A stretch of 64,000 bases of DNA from a bacterium (GTDB lineage Bacteria > UBA8248): NCBI GenBank assembly GCA_965202625.1, contig CBDBBI010000010.1, positions 2,304,001-2,368,000 on the forward strand, in the 5' to 3' direction. Below are positions 40,151-50,143 of the stretch, in pieces. Both the position numbers and the translations under genes were made by a program. Below the pieces are notes generated by a model that did not search any database, was not told where the DNA came from, and was given only the letters and a program-made list of their open reading frames with translations. How positions within the stretch are numbered: the first letter of the stretch is position 1; the number at the start of each line of letters is the position of its first letter.

Positions 40151-42265
40151 TTACCTCTTAGAGGAAACCAACGTGCGTTGCTGCTCGGCCTCGTCCAAGA
40201 AGTCTTTGTGCATGTTTTCAGTCCGTCGCAGAAAGCTTCGCCAATTAAAGTAGGTCAACTTCTTCTGGTCCGTATAGCCATTATAGGCGGCACGCTGAGA
40301 ACCCGTTAAAGCGATCTCATCGCAAACAAGGGTGATGTGGAAATCACGAAATGATTTTTGAAAAATCGCATTTGCCTTGTCGTGTAAGAACAAATCCATC
40401 GAGTCGTAATACGTGACGATCCTGTCCATCTCTTCGTTCGTGAGCTTATGGTGAGGTTTCTTGATCTCGACGATCTGAACTATCCCTTCTTGGCTTGTCA
40501 AAACGAAATCTGGTCTCTTATTCGGATCGTGGAAATCAGACAAAGAAATAGATTGTCCCTGTTCCTTTTCATAGTGTTTCTCAAATTCTGTTCTCAGGCT
40601 ATTGAGTGATTGATTCGCAATTACCGGCGCCCATTCGGGGTTGACGAGCCAAGGGGCGTTTTCTATCAAATTCTGTAAGCAGACTTCCTTGGTACTCTCT
40701 TCGTCTTTTAGCTTTTTTAGACGATTGATGACGTTAAGACGACCCTCGGCAATCCGGCCAAACGACGAGAGTTCCGCAATGCGAGCGGTTCGCAAGAGAG
40801 AGCTAAGCATCGCAAGAGGCGTTTCTGTTTGCTTGGCGGCATCCCTCATCTTTTTATCAAGGGTGATGTGTGGGGCGAAAGTTATGCTTAGATTAACAAG
40901 ATCATCTGCTACGCTTGCATCTTCCGCCTCCGCGCGACTGATAGATCGTCCGAATATTTTGGCTACTTCGGTTGCCCGATCCCGGATCTCTTGTTGGGCA
41001 TCGTTCGGAAAACTCTCCCGAATACGCTCACAGACACGCCCGGTCTCAAAAAATAAATCTAAAGTGGCTTTTCTCATCGGGTCTCGGGATAGAGTCCCAA
41101 TGTGCGCAACTATACTTTGTCCCCATTTTTGAAACGCGAAACCGAGCTCGTCGGACCAAAGGATGTCCCGCCGATCCGTTTGAATTAAATCTTCGTCCTC
41201 GTCAAGCCAATCCGCGTGTAACTCGCCCACCAGATAAGAACGGACGTTGTGCTCTCCTGTAAAACCAGCGCGCTTGTTAAACACCATCGTTTGGGCGGCG
41301 ATTTTTCCGCGGCAATAAATTCTTACTCCAGCCATCAAGTCGTCTTTATATGGTTCTTTTGAATACGCCATCCAACCACTTATAGGATAGGGCTCTTGAT
41401 CATGCTCGAAGCCTGCTTGAAGAACGTTGATCGTATTGCCGTCGGGCCCGATGACTTCTCCTTGCCCTGTGTTGCTATTCTGCTGAAACAAGATGTTCGT
41501 ATTCGGCATCTTAGGAACGTCGAACTTACCGACGTTCCTAAGATGGTCTGGGTCGGAAGGGCATTTAGTATTGTCCTGAAGAACTATCCGCCAATTCTTG
41601 GACTGAATGCCAAACCGCTGGGCAATCTGTCGGGAGAGAGTTTGAACGTCGGGAACCTGCCGGTAATTGAAATCTTTCAGTATTACCTTCGTTCCGGTCT
41701 TGTCTCTAAGTGTATCATCCAGATTTCCAACACTTGGCTTGTACTGTTCGTCTGGTTCTCCGTTCTCGGCAACGATTTGATCATATTTGAGAATGACGTG
41801 CGACGTTAAGTATCCGCTTTCTGTCGTTCTGTTTTCTTCTCGAGTGATCTTTGAGCCACCAGCGCTTATCACCTCTATAATCTTGCAGATTCCGAAGGGT
41901 GCCAGTTTGCCAACGCCTTTCCTTCCCATGACCTTTCGCTTGTGGATCGGGGAAGTTGGGCCTCGACGGGAATCCGTTCTCCGCTCGGCGCCAACGAGCA
42001 GGAAAAAGCTCTGCATTTCTTTCGGCGTCATACCGGTTCCATCGTCTTCGACTTCTATCGTGAGATTCTTGTCCCTAAGGGTACCTTTCGCCCTTGTTGC
42101 AAGATACTGTCCCATCGGTGCGCACACGAAAACTTCCTTGGCATCGGCGTCGTAAGAGTTCGCAATGAGCTCGGCGATGACCGCGGATACCTTGTCGTAG
42201 AGTTTCACGCCGAGTTTGTCGACCGTGAGTCGGGATATCCTCATCGTATATTCGTTAGTCATCAC
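40151..42265 (-). CDS. GHKL (MORC-like) ATPase with C-terminal PD-(D/E)xK nuclease-like domain
   Basis: ELIANSYDADA, DDGTGM, GRKGVGKLA; C-terminal RPDFVL..IVEIKKP; low GC. Confidence 0.85.
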   Translation of the reverse strand: MMTNEYTMRISRLTVDKLGVKLYDKVSAVIAELIANSYDADAKEVFVCAPMGQYLATRAKGTLRDKNLTIEVEDDGTGMTPKEMQSFFLLVGAERRTDSRRGPTSPIHKRKVMGRKGVGKLAPFGICKIIEVISAGGSKITREENRTTESGYLTSHVILKYDQIVAENGEPDEQYKPSVGNLDDTLRDKTGTKVILKDFNYRQVPDVQTLSRQIAQRFGIQSKNWRIVLQDNTKCPSDPDHLRNVGKFDVPKMPNTNILFQQNSNTGQGEVIGPDGNTINVLQAGFEHDQEPYPISGWMAYSKEPYKDDLMAGVRIYCRGKIAAQTMVFNKRAGFTGEHNVRSYLVGELHADWLDEDEDLIQTDRRDILWSDELGFAFQKWGQSIVAHIGTLSRDPMRKATLDLFFETGRVCERIRESFPNDAQQEIRDRATEVAKIFGRSISRAEAEDASVADDLVNLSITFAPHITLDKKMRDAAKQTETPLAMLSSLLRTARIAELSSFGRIAEGRLNVINRLKKLKDEESTKEVCLQNLIENAPWLVNPEWAPVIANQSLNSLRTEFEKHYEKEQGQSISLSDFHDPNKRPDFVLTSQEGIVQIVEIKKPHHKLTNEEMDRIVTYYDSMDLFLHDKANAIFQKSFRDFHITLVCDEIALTGSQRAAYNGYTDQKKLTYFNWRSFLRRTENMHKDFLDEAEQQRTLVSSKR

Positions 42266-42382
42266 GAATCCCCTTGTGAATCTTTGATCTGACGTTTACC
42301 ATCACGTCCATGCTATTCTATATTCTACCGCCGACTGCCTCGGCACGCGCTCCAGAAAACGGTAGGCGCTCTGTTTTCGGAA

Positions 42383-42545
42383 ATGTCCATCTTGCTTAGC
42401 CGCCTGGCCCGAGGGGCCTTCAGTATCGTCCTGCCCCTTCTTCAAGGGGAGCGGCTCATCACGGGAACCTGGCGGCAGATCGTCCTAGTCGATTTCGACA
42501 ACGGCCCCCAAGGCAGAAGGGTGGAGTCCAGGTTCTGGGCGAGAC
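42383..42545 (+). pseudogene. C-terminal remnant of a YjbQ (UPF0047) family gene
   Basis: SIVLPL..ERLITGTWRQIVLVDFDNGPQGRRV resembles the YjbQ C-terminus. Confidence 0.6.
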
Positions 42546-42558
42546 GCCTTTGTGTGCG

Positions 42559-42978
42559 TCAATCCTCGCCCTCGGCGTATTCCTCAAAGGTGTAGAACAT
42601 CCCGTCCAGAACGCGCCCCGCCTGCTCGTCAAGCCCCGGCTTGTCGAGCGGCAGGTCGATGGCGTAGCGGAACGCGCCGTCATGGTAGTGTTCCACCTTG
42701 TGTTCTTCCTCCTCGCCGGCCTCCTCCATGCCGTCGTAGACGAAATCGTCTATCGGATCCTTGCTGTCCAGTATGGCGTGTTCGATGTCCTCGTTCATGT
42801 AGCGGTCGGCGGTGGCGAAGCTGATGCGAAGTTTGCCCGCCCCGTCGTTTTTCTCGATCTCGAACCAGGCCGTTTCGCTCATTCTCAGACGAATGGAGCG
42901 GCCGGAAGGGTCGGGCTCGGGCGTGAAGCGGTCGTCGGAAGCGTAGCGTTTTATCATGCCTGTAATAATGTCCGCCAA
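42559..42978 (-). CDS. Hypothetical acidic protein
   Basis: GGAGG RBS, TTG start, host-like codon usage. Confidence 0.65.
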   Translation of the reverse strand: MADIITGMIKRYASDDRFTPEPDPSGRSIRLRMSETAWFEIEKNDGAGKLRISFATADRYMNEDIEHAILDSKDPIDDFVYDGMEEAGEEEEHKVEHYHDGAFRYAIDLPLDKPGLDEQAGRVLDGMFYTFEEYAEGED

Positions 42979-43103
42979 ACTGGAAACCTCCGTGTGCGGG
43001 CGTGTTTCGGGAATCTGAAATTTTGGCCGCAATTTTTCGCTTCTCGCATGAGGAAGGGAGATAGCGGAAGTCGGAAATGCCGGCTCCCCCCTCTTGCGGT
43101 CTT

Positions 43104-43135
43104 CTGGCGGGGCGGCGCCGGGGCCGCCCCGCCAG
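43104..43135. terminator. GC hairpin downstream of tctC
   Basis: 13-bp perfect stem CTGGCGGGGCGGC/GCCGCCCCGCCAG; no clear U-tract. Confidence 0.4.
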
Positions 43136-43156
43136 TGTATTGCGGGTAAGTCTCGC

Positions 43157-44131
43157 TTATTTCGTCATCGCCTTGATGAGTTCCGTGAAGCCGTCGAAAT
43201 TCTGCTTCCGCATCTTGTCGTATTCCGCCCCTTCCACGAACTCCACCCCCTCGCCGATGCTGCGCATGAAGCGCTTGAAGGATTTGTTCGCCGTGAGCTT
43301 CACGAAAGCGGCGCGCAGCATCTCGAGCCGCTCTGCGGGTATTTGGGACGGCGCCATGAAGATGCGGTCCATCCGGAAGCTGACGCCCTTGTAGCCGAGC
43401 TCCTCCGTCGTGGGAATGTCCTTGAAGTCCTTGTCGCTGGAGAGACGCTTGTCGCCCGTGAGGGCGAGGACGGTGATCTTCCCCGCCAGCAGATGCGGAC
43501 GCAGCTGGGTGGGGAACCCGATGCCCACGTCGTCTTGTCCGGAGAGGACGGCGCGAAGCGAGGGGCCGCCGCCCTTGTGCGGAATGAAGTTCACCTTGAT
43601 GCCTGCCGCGCGCACGAACTGCATGGAGGGCACGTGTCCCGCTCCCCAGACGCCGCTGTGGCCCCAGTTGACCTTGCCCGGATTTTTCTTCGCGTAGGCG
43701 ACGAACTCCTCCATGGACTTCCATGGCTTGCTCGCCAGAGAGAAGAACAGCGGCTGTGCGTGGTTGATTTTGGCGATGGCCGAGAAATCGTGCATCGTGT
43801 CGAACGGAACCTTGCGCGTCTGCGGCACGAGCTGATCGAAGCCGTTGTGGCTGAACAGGATGGTGTATCCATCGGGCTTGGCCTTGGCCACGAAGCCCGT
43901 GCCCTTCATGCCCGCTCCGCCCGGCACGAGCTTCACGATCATGGGCTGGGCGAGAATGTCGGCGATGATGCTGGTGATGCCGCGCGCGTGCAGGTCGTGG
44001 CTGCCCCCGGCGCCCACGGGCAAAACGAGCGTGATGGGGCGATCCGGATAGGCCGCGATGCTTGCGGAGGGCATCGCCAGTGCGACGATGAGCGCAAGGG
44101 CGGCCAGGACGCCAAAAGAACGTTTTTTCAT
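43157..44131 (-). CDS. tctC: TctC/Bug substrate-binding protein
   Basis: Signal peptide, YPDRPITLVLPVGAGGSHD, IPHKGGG. Confidence 0.92.
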   Translation of the reverse strand: MKKRSFGVLAALALIVALAMPSASIAAYPDRPITLVLPVGAGGSHDLHARGITSIIADILAQPMIVKLVPGGAGMKGTGFVAKAKPDGYTILFSHNGFDQLVPQTRKVPFDTMHDFSAIAKINHAQPLFFSLASKPWKSMEEFVAYAKKNPGKVNWGHSGVWGAGHVPSMQFVRAAGIKVNFIPHKGGGPSLRAVLSGQDDVGIGFPTQLRPHLLAGKITVLALTGDKRLSSDKDFKDIPTTEELGYKGVSFRMDRIFMAPSQIPAERLEMLRAAFVKLTANKSFKRFMRSIGEGVEFVEGAEYDKMRKQNFDGFTELIKAMTK

Positions 44132-44154
44132 GGTGGTTCTCCTTGAATATGCCC

Positions 44155-45660
44155 TCAGGAGGGGACGGGCCCCTTGGCCCGCCGCCACATCGGACGAAGA
44201 ATGAGATACAAGACCCAAATCAGCGCGGCCACCAGAAAGGCGGACGCGATCGGCCTTTGAACGAAGAAATACGCGAAAGGAGCGCCTTTCGCATACAGCA
44301 TCGACTGACTCAAACGATACTCTATCGGCTCGGCCAGAACAAAAGCGATGATGAGAGGCGCGAGGTCGAACCCGAACTTCCTTAAAACATAGGCGCATAC
44401 GCCGATGATGACCATCAGGATCACGTCCGTGTTCGAGCCCGTGGAGAGCGTGCCCACGAAGGCCAGCGCCACGATGACGGGAATGAGATACGCCTTTTTC
44501 AGCTGAATGGCCCTCGTGAAGGGCTTGAGCAGAACGTATCCCAGAAAGAAGAACAGCACGTTGGCCAGCACCATGGTGAGGATCAGCGCATACATCAGCG
44601 CGCCCTGCTCCTGGAAAATCTGCGGGCCCGGCCGCATTCCGTGCGCGACGAACGCCCCCAGCAGAATGGCCGTCACGTTGTCTCCCGGAATTCCCAGAGT
44701 CAGCAGGGGAACCAGGGTGGGCCCGTTGACGGCGTTGTTCGCCGCCTCCGGTGCCGCGATGCCGTCGAGTGCGCCCTTGCCGAACTCCTCCGGATTTTTC
44801 GCCGCGTGCTTCGCCGCGCTGTAGCCGATGAAGGCGGCCACCACCTGCCCCACGCCCGGCACCATGCCGATTCCCGTCCCGATGGCCGTGGAGCGCAGGA
44901 TGCTGCGAATCGACGCCTTGAACTCGCCCCAGCGCAGGCGCTCTCCCGTTTTGGCGAGGTTCACGTGCTCGCTGATGAAGCGCGCGGTTCGCGATTCCAC
45001 CGCCTCGAGAACCTCCGGCATGGCGAATATGCCGATGGCCAGGGGAATGAGGGGGATGCCCGCGCTGAGCGCCTCGAGGCCGAACGTCATTCGGGTGGCG
45101 CCGGTGGTGGCGTCCGTGCCGATGAACCCCAGTCCCATGCCGATGCAGGCGGCGATGGCTCCCTTGAGGCCCGAGTCGCTCGAGACGCTGGCGATGAGCA
45201 CCAGCGAGAAGAGGATGACGGCGAACACCTCCGGCGGGCCAATCAACAGCGTGACGATGGCGATGGGGCCGATCAGCGCGAGGGTGAAGACGTCCGAGAG
45301 CGTATCGGCGATGGTGGAGGAGAACAGCGCCATCTCCAGGGCTTTTCGCCCCTCGCCCTTGCGGGTGAGCGCGGGTCCGTCGAAAGTCGTGGCGATGGAG
45401 GCGCCCGTTCCGGGGATGCCGACCAGAATCGCCGGAATGCTGCCCCCGTAAATCCCCCCCTTGTAGATGCCGATCAAGAAGGGGATGCCGAGCAGGGGTT
45501 CGAGCTTGAAGGAGATGGGAAGAAGAACCGACATGGCCAGAATGGTGGTGAGGCCGGGCATGGCGCCCACGAACATGCCGATGGCCAGCCCCGCGCTGAT
45601 ATACAGATAGGTGTCTATCCGCATCAGGAGGGTGAAGGCCTGCATGAAGGAGTCCAGCAA
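44155..45660 (-). CDS. tctA: Tripartite tricarboxylate transporter large permease
   Basis: GIPGTGAS, PEAANNA, LTLGIPGD. Confidence 0.93.
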   Translation of the reverse strand: MLDSFMQAFTLLMRIDTYLYISAGLAIGMFVGAMPGLTTILAMSVLLPISFKLEPLLGIPFLIGIYKGGIYGGSIPAILVGIPGTGASIATTFDGPALTRKGEGRKALEMALFSSTIADTLSDVFTLALIGPIAIVTLLIGPPEVFAVILFSLVLIASVSSDSGLKGAIAACIGMGLGFIGTDATTGATRMTFGLEALSAGIPLIPLAIGIFAMPEVLEAVESRTARFISEHVNLAKTGERLRWGEFKASIRSILRSTAIGTGIGMVPGVGQVVAAFIGYSAAKHAAKNPEEFGKGALDGIAAPEAANNAVNGPTLVPLLTLGIPGDNVTAILLGAFVAHGMRPGPQIFQEQGALMYALILTMVLANVLFFFLGYVLLKPFTRAIQLKKAYLIPVIVALAFVGTLSTGSNTDVILMVIIGVCAYVLRKFGFDLAPLIIAFVLAEPIEYRLSQSMLYAKGAPFAYFFVQRPIASAFLVAALIWVLYLILRPMWRRAKGPVPS

Positions 45661-45672
45661 AACCCGTCTCCC

Positions 45673-46260
45673 TTACGTCCCCAGAAAGACGCTGGACAAA
45701 AACCGCATGATCGCGTCCTCCACGATGGCGATGGATTCGAATTCGCTCCTCGGCAGCGAGATGAGCAGCAGCCTTTCGAAGACGAAGCGAATCACGATGG
45801 GCATGAGGATGGCGACGGGTGCGATAATGTGCGCCTGGCGAACCCCCAGATAGAGGATCGCCGCACCCGCCATCAGCAGGGTGGAGAGGCCGTAGCCGAA
45901 GCGCGAGACGAACACGGCGTAGGCGGCGATGATGATGGCCATTCTCGCCCCTCGGAGGAATCGCGCCTTCTCGGCGGGGTCGGCGGGGTCGGCGGCGCGC
46001 TGGCGCGCTGGCGCCCTGTGCCAGGCGTTCAGCAGGTAGCACAGGCACAGCCCGGTGAGCACGGCGAACGCGAGCCTGGGGAAGAAAATGGGCGAGAGGG
46101 TGATGAAATCCTGGGCGGAGGAGATGCCGCCGGAGGCGATCAGATACGGCATGAAGGCGAAGAGGCACGCTGCGATGAGCGACAGCGCGGCGGCGAAGTA
46201 AATTTCCAGGCGCATCAGCATGGGGCTCGCCGCGTGCGCCGATTCCTCGTCCGAAGGCAT
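45673..46260 (-). CDS. tctB: TctB small permease
   Basis: SPIFFPR, FERLLLISLP; TM helices. Confidence 0.8.
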   Translation of the reverse strand: MPSDEESAHAASPMLMRLEIYFAAALSLIAACLFAFMPYLIASGGISSAQDFITLSPIFFPRLAFAVLTGLCLCYLLNAWHRAPARQRAADPADPAEKARFLRGARMAIIIAAYAVFVSRFGYGLSTLLMAGAAILYLGVRQAHIIAPVAILMPIVIRFVFERLLLISLPRSEFESIAIVEDAIMRFLSSVFLGT

Positions 46261-46457
46261 GGGCTTATCCTGCCGGGTGCGGTCTTTCGTCGTCGCCAAC
46301 CCCAAAACTCTCCCCATCGTCTGACGAAGTGGCGGGATTCGAGAGATGCGCGTATTATTCATCAATCGGTTGGCGAGGGCAAACATGCATTCCATTTCGT
46401 CAAGCGCGCGTTTCTGCGAGGGCAGGCGGGCGGGGGCGAAGGAGGGGAGGGCGACTT

Positions 46458-46841
46458 GTGAAGATCATCAATTCCATGAGCGTGGGCAAGGACGACGCCT
46501 ATGAGCCTCCCTACTCCATCATGTGGGGGGTGAACGATGAGACGACGGACACCAGGGTGATGACCATGCAGCGCACCATCATTCCTCCGGGCGGAAAGAA
46601 CAGAATGCACACCCACGCGTGCGACGCGGTGTTTTACGTGAACAAGGGGCCGATTTACGTCTTTTGCGGCGATCCGGAAAATCCGGAAAAACATCTCGTC
46701 GAAGCCGGCCATTTCTGCTACGCACCCGCCGGCGAGCCGCACGGCCAGGAAAACCCGAGCCAGACCGAACCCGCTGAACTCATCGCCACTTACGGAAACT
46801 GCTCCCACCAGGACAAGGCGGGCACCGCCTTCGTGGAGTAG
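46458..46841 (+). CDS. Cupin domain protein
   Basis: PPGG..MHTH.CD.VFYV..G, PAGEPHGQEN; GGAGG RBS, GTG start. Confidence 0.85.
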   Translation: MKIINSMSVGKDDAYEPPYSIMWGVNDETTDTRVMTMQRTIIPPGGKNRMHTHACDAVFYVNKGPIYVFCGDPENPEKHLVEAGHFCYAPAGEPHGQENPSQTEPAELIATYGNCSHQDKAGTAFVE

Positions 46842-46870
46842 CGTCCCGTCAGCGAAACCATGGAGCCATC

Positions 46871-47626
46871 ATGATGGACCGAGGGATATGGGCGGCTTGG
46901 TATGATCTGCCGGAAGATAGAAAAGAAGACTATTGCGCGTGGCTGCATGGGGACTATCTGCCCGCCGCGTTGAGGCGCGCGGGTTTTCTGTGGGCGGCAC
47001 ATTATGAAATCACGGGAGGCGGTGCGCAGATGGAGCGGGTCCAAGCCGACGCGCTCACCTACGCCGAGGGCGGGACTGTCCCCTCCGGAACGCAGTTCGC
47101 GCTTCTTTTCGGAGCGGCGTCTCCCCACGTGTTCTTTGATCCGCTGATGGAGGAGGTCGAGGGGGAGGAGGGCGAGGAGGCGCGCGCCATGCTGCGTCTG
47201 CGCGCGGGGTTGCGCACCTGCGTGTTCAGCGAGGAGGTGCGCGTCGATGGCCCCGAGGTGGGGGCGAGAGCACCCGGAATCACGCCGGGGCCCGCGATGC
47301 AAATGGGGCAGTTTCTGGCGGAAGACGCGGCGGCGGAGTGCGACCTGGGGGCGTGGTACGCCCGGTATCGCCTGAAATTCATGGAGGGGATGCCGGGCTG
47401 CATCGGTGCGCGGAAGCTCCTCTCCGCGGCCGGTTGGGCCAAGCATTCGATCCTGTATGAGTTCACCTCGCTCGAGGCGAGACACGAGGGCTTCCAGAAG
47501 CATGAGAGCCTCTCGCTGGACGCAAGCGGGTGGTCGGGCCGCGTGGTGCGCAAACTCGTCCACGCTCCCGGCAGTCCGAGCGTGGGCCGCCGGCTGTGGC
47601 CTCCCGTGAGCGGTGAGGCGACCTAG
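46871..47626 (+). CDS. EthD/DUF4286-like protein (distant relative of 948-1658)
   Basis: WYDL....DYCAWLHGDYLP...GF, second repeat AWY...MPG. Confidence 0.55.
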   Translation: MMDRGIWAAWYDLPEDRKEDYCAWLHGDYLPAALRRAGFLWAAHYEITGGGAQMERVQADALTYAEGGTVPSGTQFALLFGAASPHVFFDPLMEEVEGEEGEEARAMLRLRAGLRTCVFSEEVRVDGPEVGARAPGITPGPAMQMGQFLAEDAAAECDLGAWYARYRLKFMEGMPGCIGARKLLSAAGWAKHSILYEFTSLEARHEGFQKHESLSLDASGWSGRVVRKLVHAPGSPSVGRRLWPPVSGEAT

Positions 47627-47910
47627 AAGGCGCGTCCCCAGGCCGAAGCGGCCGTTCGACGCCCGCCCCAGAATGCCTCATCCGCCTGGCGAGGAGCCAG
47701 GACTGGGCCCGTTCGTCCCGCTATCAGACGCCCATGAATCGGGCTTTGATCGCATCGTTTGCGGCGACCTTCCGGAGAATGGAGAGACCTGCGGTGCGGC
47801 CTTGATTCAGGGCGTGAGCGCAATCCCATGAGGTGTGCGCGAACTTCATGCTCCGCCGAGCAGTGCGGTTGCTTTCTGACGGATCACACCTAAAGAAGGA
47901 GGAAAACGGC

Positions 47911-48558
47911 ATGGCGCAACTACCGATTCTGAGCGATGAGGAGGCGGGACCCGAGGCCGGAGTGGTGTTCGACGCGAGCCGACGGATGTTTGGCCGCGTG
48001 GCCAACGCGATACGGATGAGTGCGGCCAGCCCCAGAATGCTGCAGCCGCTTTTTGGTTTCTTGATCTCGCTGTGCCGGGCCGAGATCACCGACGTGCTCG
48101 ACGCCAAGACGAAGGCGCTTTTGATTCTCAAGACGTCCATGGAGAACGGGTGCAAGTACTGAACGGCTCACAACGTCACGTTCGGTCGGGCGTGCGGGCT
48201 GTCGGATGCGCAAATCGACGCCGTGAGAGACGATGCGTATCAAGAATCGGATTTGTTCACAGACGCCGAGAAGGCGGTGATCGCCTGGGCACATCACCTC
48301 ACGAAATACACCTTCGCCCAGAACCCGCAGGTTCTGGAGAACATGAAGAAGCACTACGATGACGCCCAGGTTGTCGAGGCGACGCTCGTTTCCGGCTATT
48401 TCAACATGTGGAACCGCTTCACCGACGCGCTGGAGAGCGACGTGGAGGGCACGGATCAGATGCGTCTTTTCACGCAATCCGTCGTGATCGACAAAAAAGA
48501 CTTTGCGGATTTCATGAACGACTGTTGGTGGGCAAAGGAGGGTGTGCCCGAGAAGTAG
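47911..48558 (+). CDS. AhpD/carboxymuconolactone decarboxylase family protein, probable selenoprotein (CxxU, UGA 48160-48162)
   Basis: KTSMENGCKY-TGA-TAHN in frame with GLSDAQI..FTDAEKA..FNMWNRF; RBS AAGGAGG. Confidence 0.88.
48177..48194 (+). promoter_or_regulatory. Candidate SECIS hairpin
   Basis: CACGTTC-GGTC-GGGCGTG starting at +15 after TGA; GGUC apical loop. Confidence 0.65.
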
Positions 48559-48624
48559 GGACGCGCGCGCATCTGAACGGGACGCTTTTCGTCTCTCTCG
48601 CCGCTTCGCCGGCCTGGCGCATCT

Positions 48625-49275
48625 TCAGTTTTTTTCTTGTTTTCCGACGCCCAGCAGCGTCGCCGCCAGCTCCCTGCGCGTCCAGAGCAGCATACCCGCC
48701 AGAGCGATGGCGAGACCCATCAGGGGGAGGTTTCCCTTGCCCACGAAAATGGCGACGGCCGGCATCAGCGAGACGGCGATGAGCTCCGCGTGGTCGCGCC
48801 TGCCGGTGAGGGAGGAGACGAGCAGCGCGATGGTCGCGCTGATCAGCAGGGTGAACGGAGAGACGCCAAGGAGGGCACCCGTCGCGCTCGCCGTCCCGCG
48901 CCCGCCTCGAAACCCGTGGAACAAGGGCCATATCTCGCCAGCCACCACGGCGACGCAGGCGAGGGCGGCGAACCAGAGAGAGCCGCCTGCATACCAGGCG
49001 AGGCCCACGGCCAGTTGCGCCTTCAGGAAATCGGCGAGGAAGATGAGCCCCCCCACCCGTTTGCCGAGGACGGCGCCGGCGCCTGCAAAATCGAGTTTCC
49101 CGTCTTCTTGCGCGCGCAAATCCAGCCCCCGCGCCCTGGCGGCATAGCGCGCCGGAGAGACGGCGCCCAGGCCGTAGGCGAGCACCGCCGTGATGACGAG
49201 AGGGAACAAGGTGCGCAAAAGAATCTCCAAATGCGGTTTTCCCTTCCATGTTGCGGAATGCGCGCATCGGTGCAA
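48625..49275 (-). CDS. plsY: Glycerol-3-phosphate acyltransferase PlsY (somewhat divergent)
   Basis: AYGLG, ADFLK, GEIWPLFHGFRGGRGTAS; start uncertain. Confidence 0.8.
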   Translation of the reverse strand: MHRCAHSATWKGKPHLEILLRTLFPLVITAVLAYGLGAVSPARYAARARGLDLRAQEDGKLDFAGAGAVLGKRVGGLIFLADFLKAQLAVGLAWYAGGSLWFAALACVAVVAGEIWPLFHGFRGGRGTASATGALLGVSPFTLLISATIALLVSSLTGRRDHAELIAVSLMPAVAIFVGKGNLPLMGLAIALAGMLLWTRRELAATLLGVGKQEKN

Positions 49276-49306
49276 AGCGCGCGCAGACGGGGGAGCGGAG
49301 CGGCGT

Positions 49307-50074
49307 TTATCTTTTGTTCAAAATCGCGCTGTTCCGACGCTGGAGGAAAATACTGCGAAAGAGGATATAGGAATCCAGAGTGAGGGGGTCTTTTTTGAGC
49401 TGCGCAATGGGTTCGATCAAACGCTCTCGGGTGTCGATGCCCTCTGCGGTCTTAAGCCAGAATAAAAATTTTTCCGTATCGCCTCCGGCGGTGCCCACGT
49501 AATAATAGAGAGGGTTCATAAAGGCGTCGCCCACCTTGCCCAGCCCGTCCCGGATGGTCGAGGGACCCAGAATGGGCAACACGAGGTATATCCCCTTGTC
49601 CACCCCCCAGACGCCCAGAGTCTGGCCGAAATCCTCATCGTGATGGGGGAGTCCCATGTCTTTCGCCGCGTCGAACAGCCCCGCCACTCCCAGGGTGGTG
49701 TTGATCAAAAACCGGTGCAAGGTGATCTCCGCCCGCTTGCCCTCTCCCTGCAGGACGTCGTTCACCAGGACGAAGGGGGCGTTCAGGTTGCGGGTAAAAT
49801 TGCGGAAAGAATCACGAACCGGTTGGGGGAATACGAATCGATAAGCGTGTGCGAGCGGCAGGAATACGAAGTCGTCCAGGACTTCGTTGAAGTCGAAGAT
49901 CACGCGGTTCAGCGGCTCCAGCGGATCTATCGACTGAAGCGTTTCCTCCTCCTGACCAAGGTCGTCGTCCGACGCCCAGGCGGAGGAAGCGGGGATGAGT
50001 GCGAGCGTCAGGACGAGAGCGAGCAGTCCGCGCTTCCATCTGTCTGGGCGTTTGTTTCTGCTTGCGTGCGGCAA
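49307..50074 (-). CDS. mlaA: MlaA/VacJ family protein
   Basis: DPLEPLNR, RFLINTTLG, EDFGQTLG, LPILGPSTIRD. Confidence 0.92.
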   Translation of the reverse strand: MPHASRNKRPDRWKRGLLALVLTLALIPASSAWASDDDLGQEEETLQSIDPLEPLNRVIFDFNEVLDDFVFLPLAHAYRFVFPQPVRDSFRNFTRNLNAPFVLVNDVLQGEGKRAEITLHRFLINTTLGVAGLFDAAKDMGLPHHDEDFGQTLGVWGVDKGIYLVLPILGPSTIRDGLGKVGDAFMNPLYYYVGTAGGDTEKFLFWLKTAEGIDTRERLIEPIAQLKKDPLTLDSYILFRSIFLQRRNSAILNKR

Positions 50075-50143
50075 TGAAGTGCTCTCCGTTTTCGTTTTGG
50101 CGTCCGGTGCCCCGCCCTCCGGCGGGCTTCATTCTCTGCCGTT

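Noticed and set aside
43157-46168. 1003-aa ORF
   Set aside because: An off-frame shadow of tctB/tctA running into tctC; the real start is 44131
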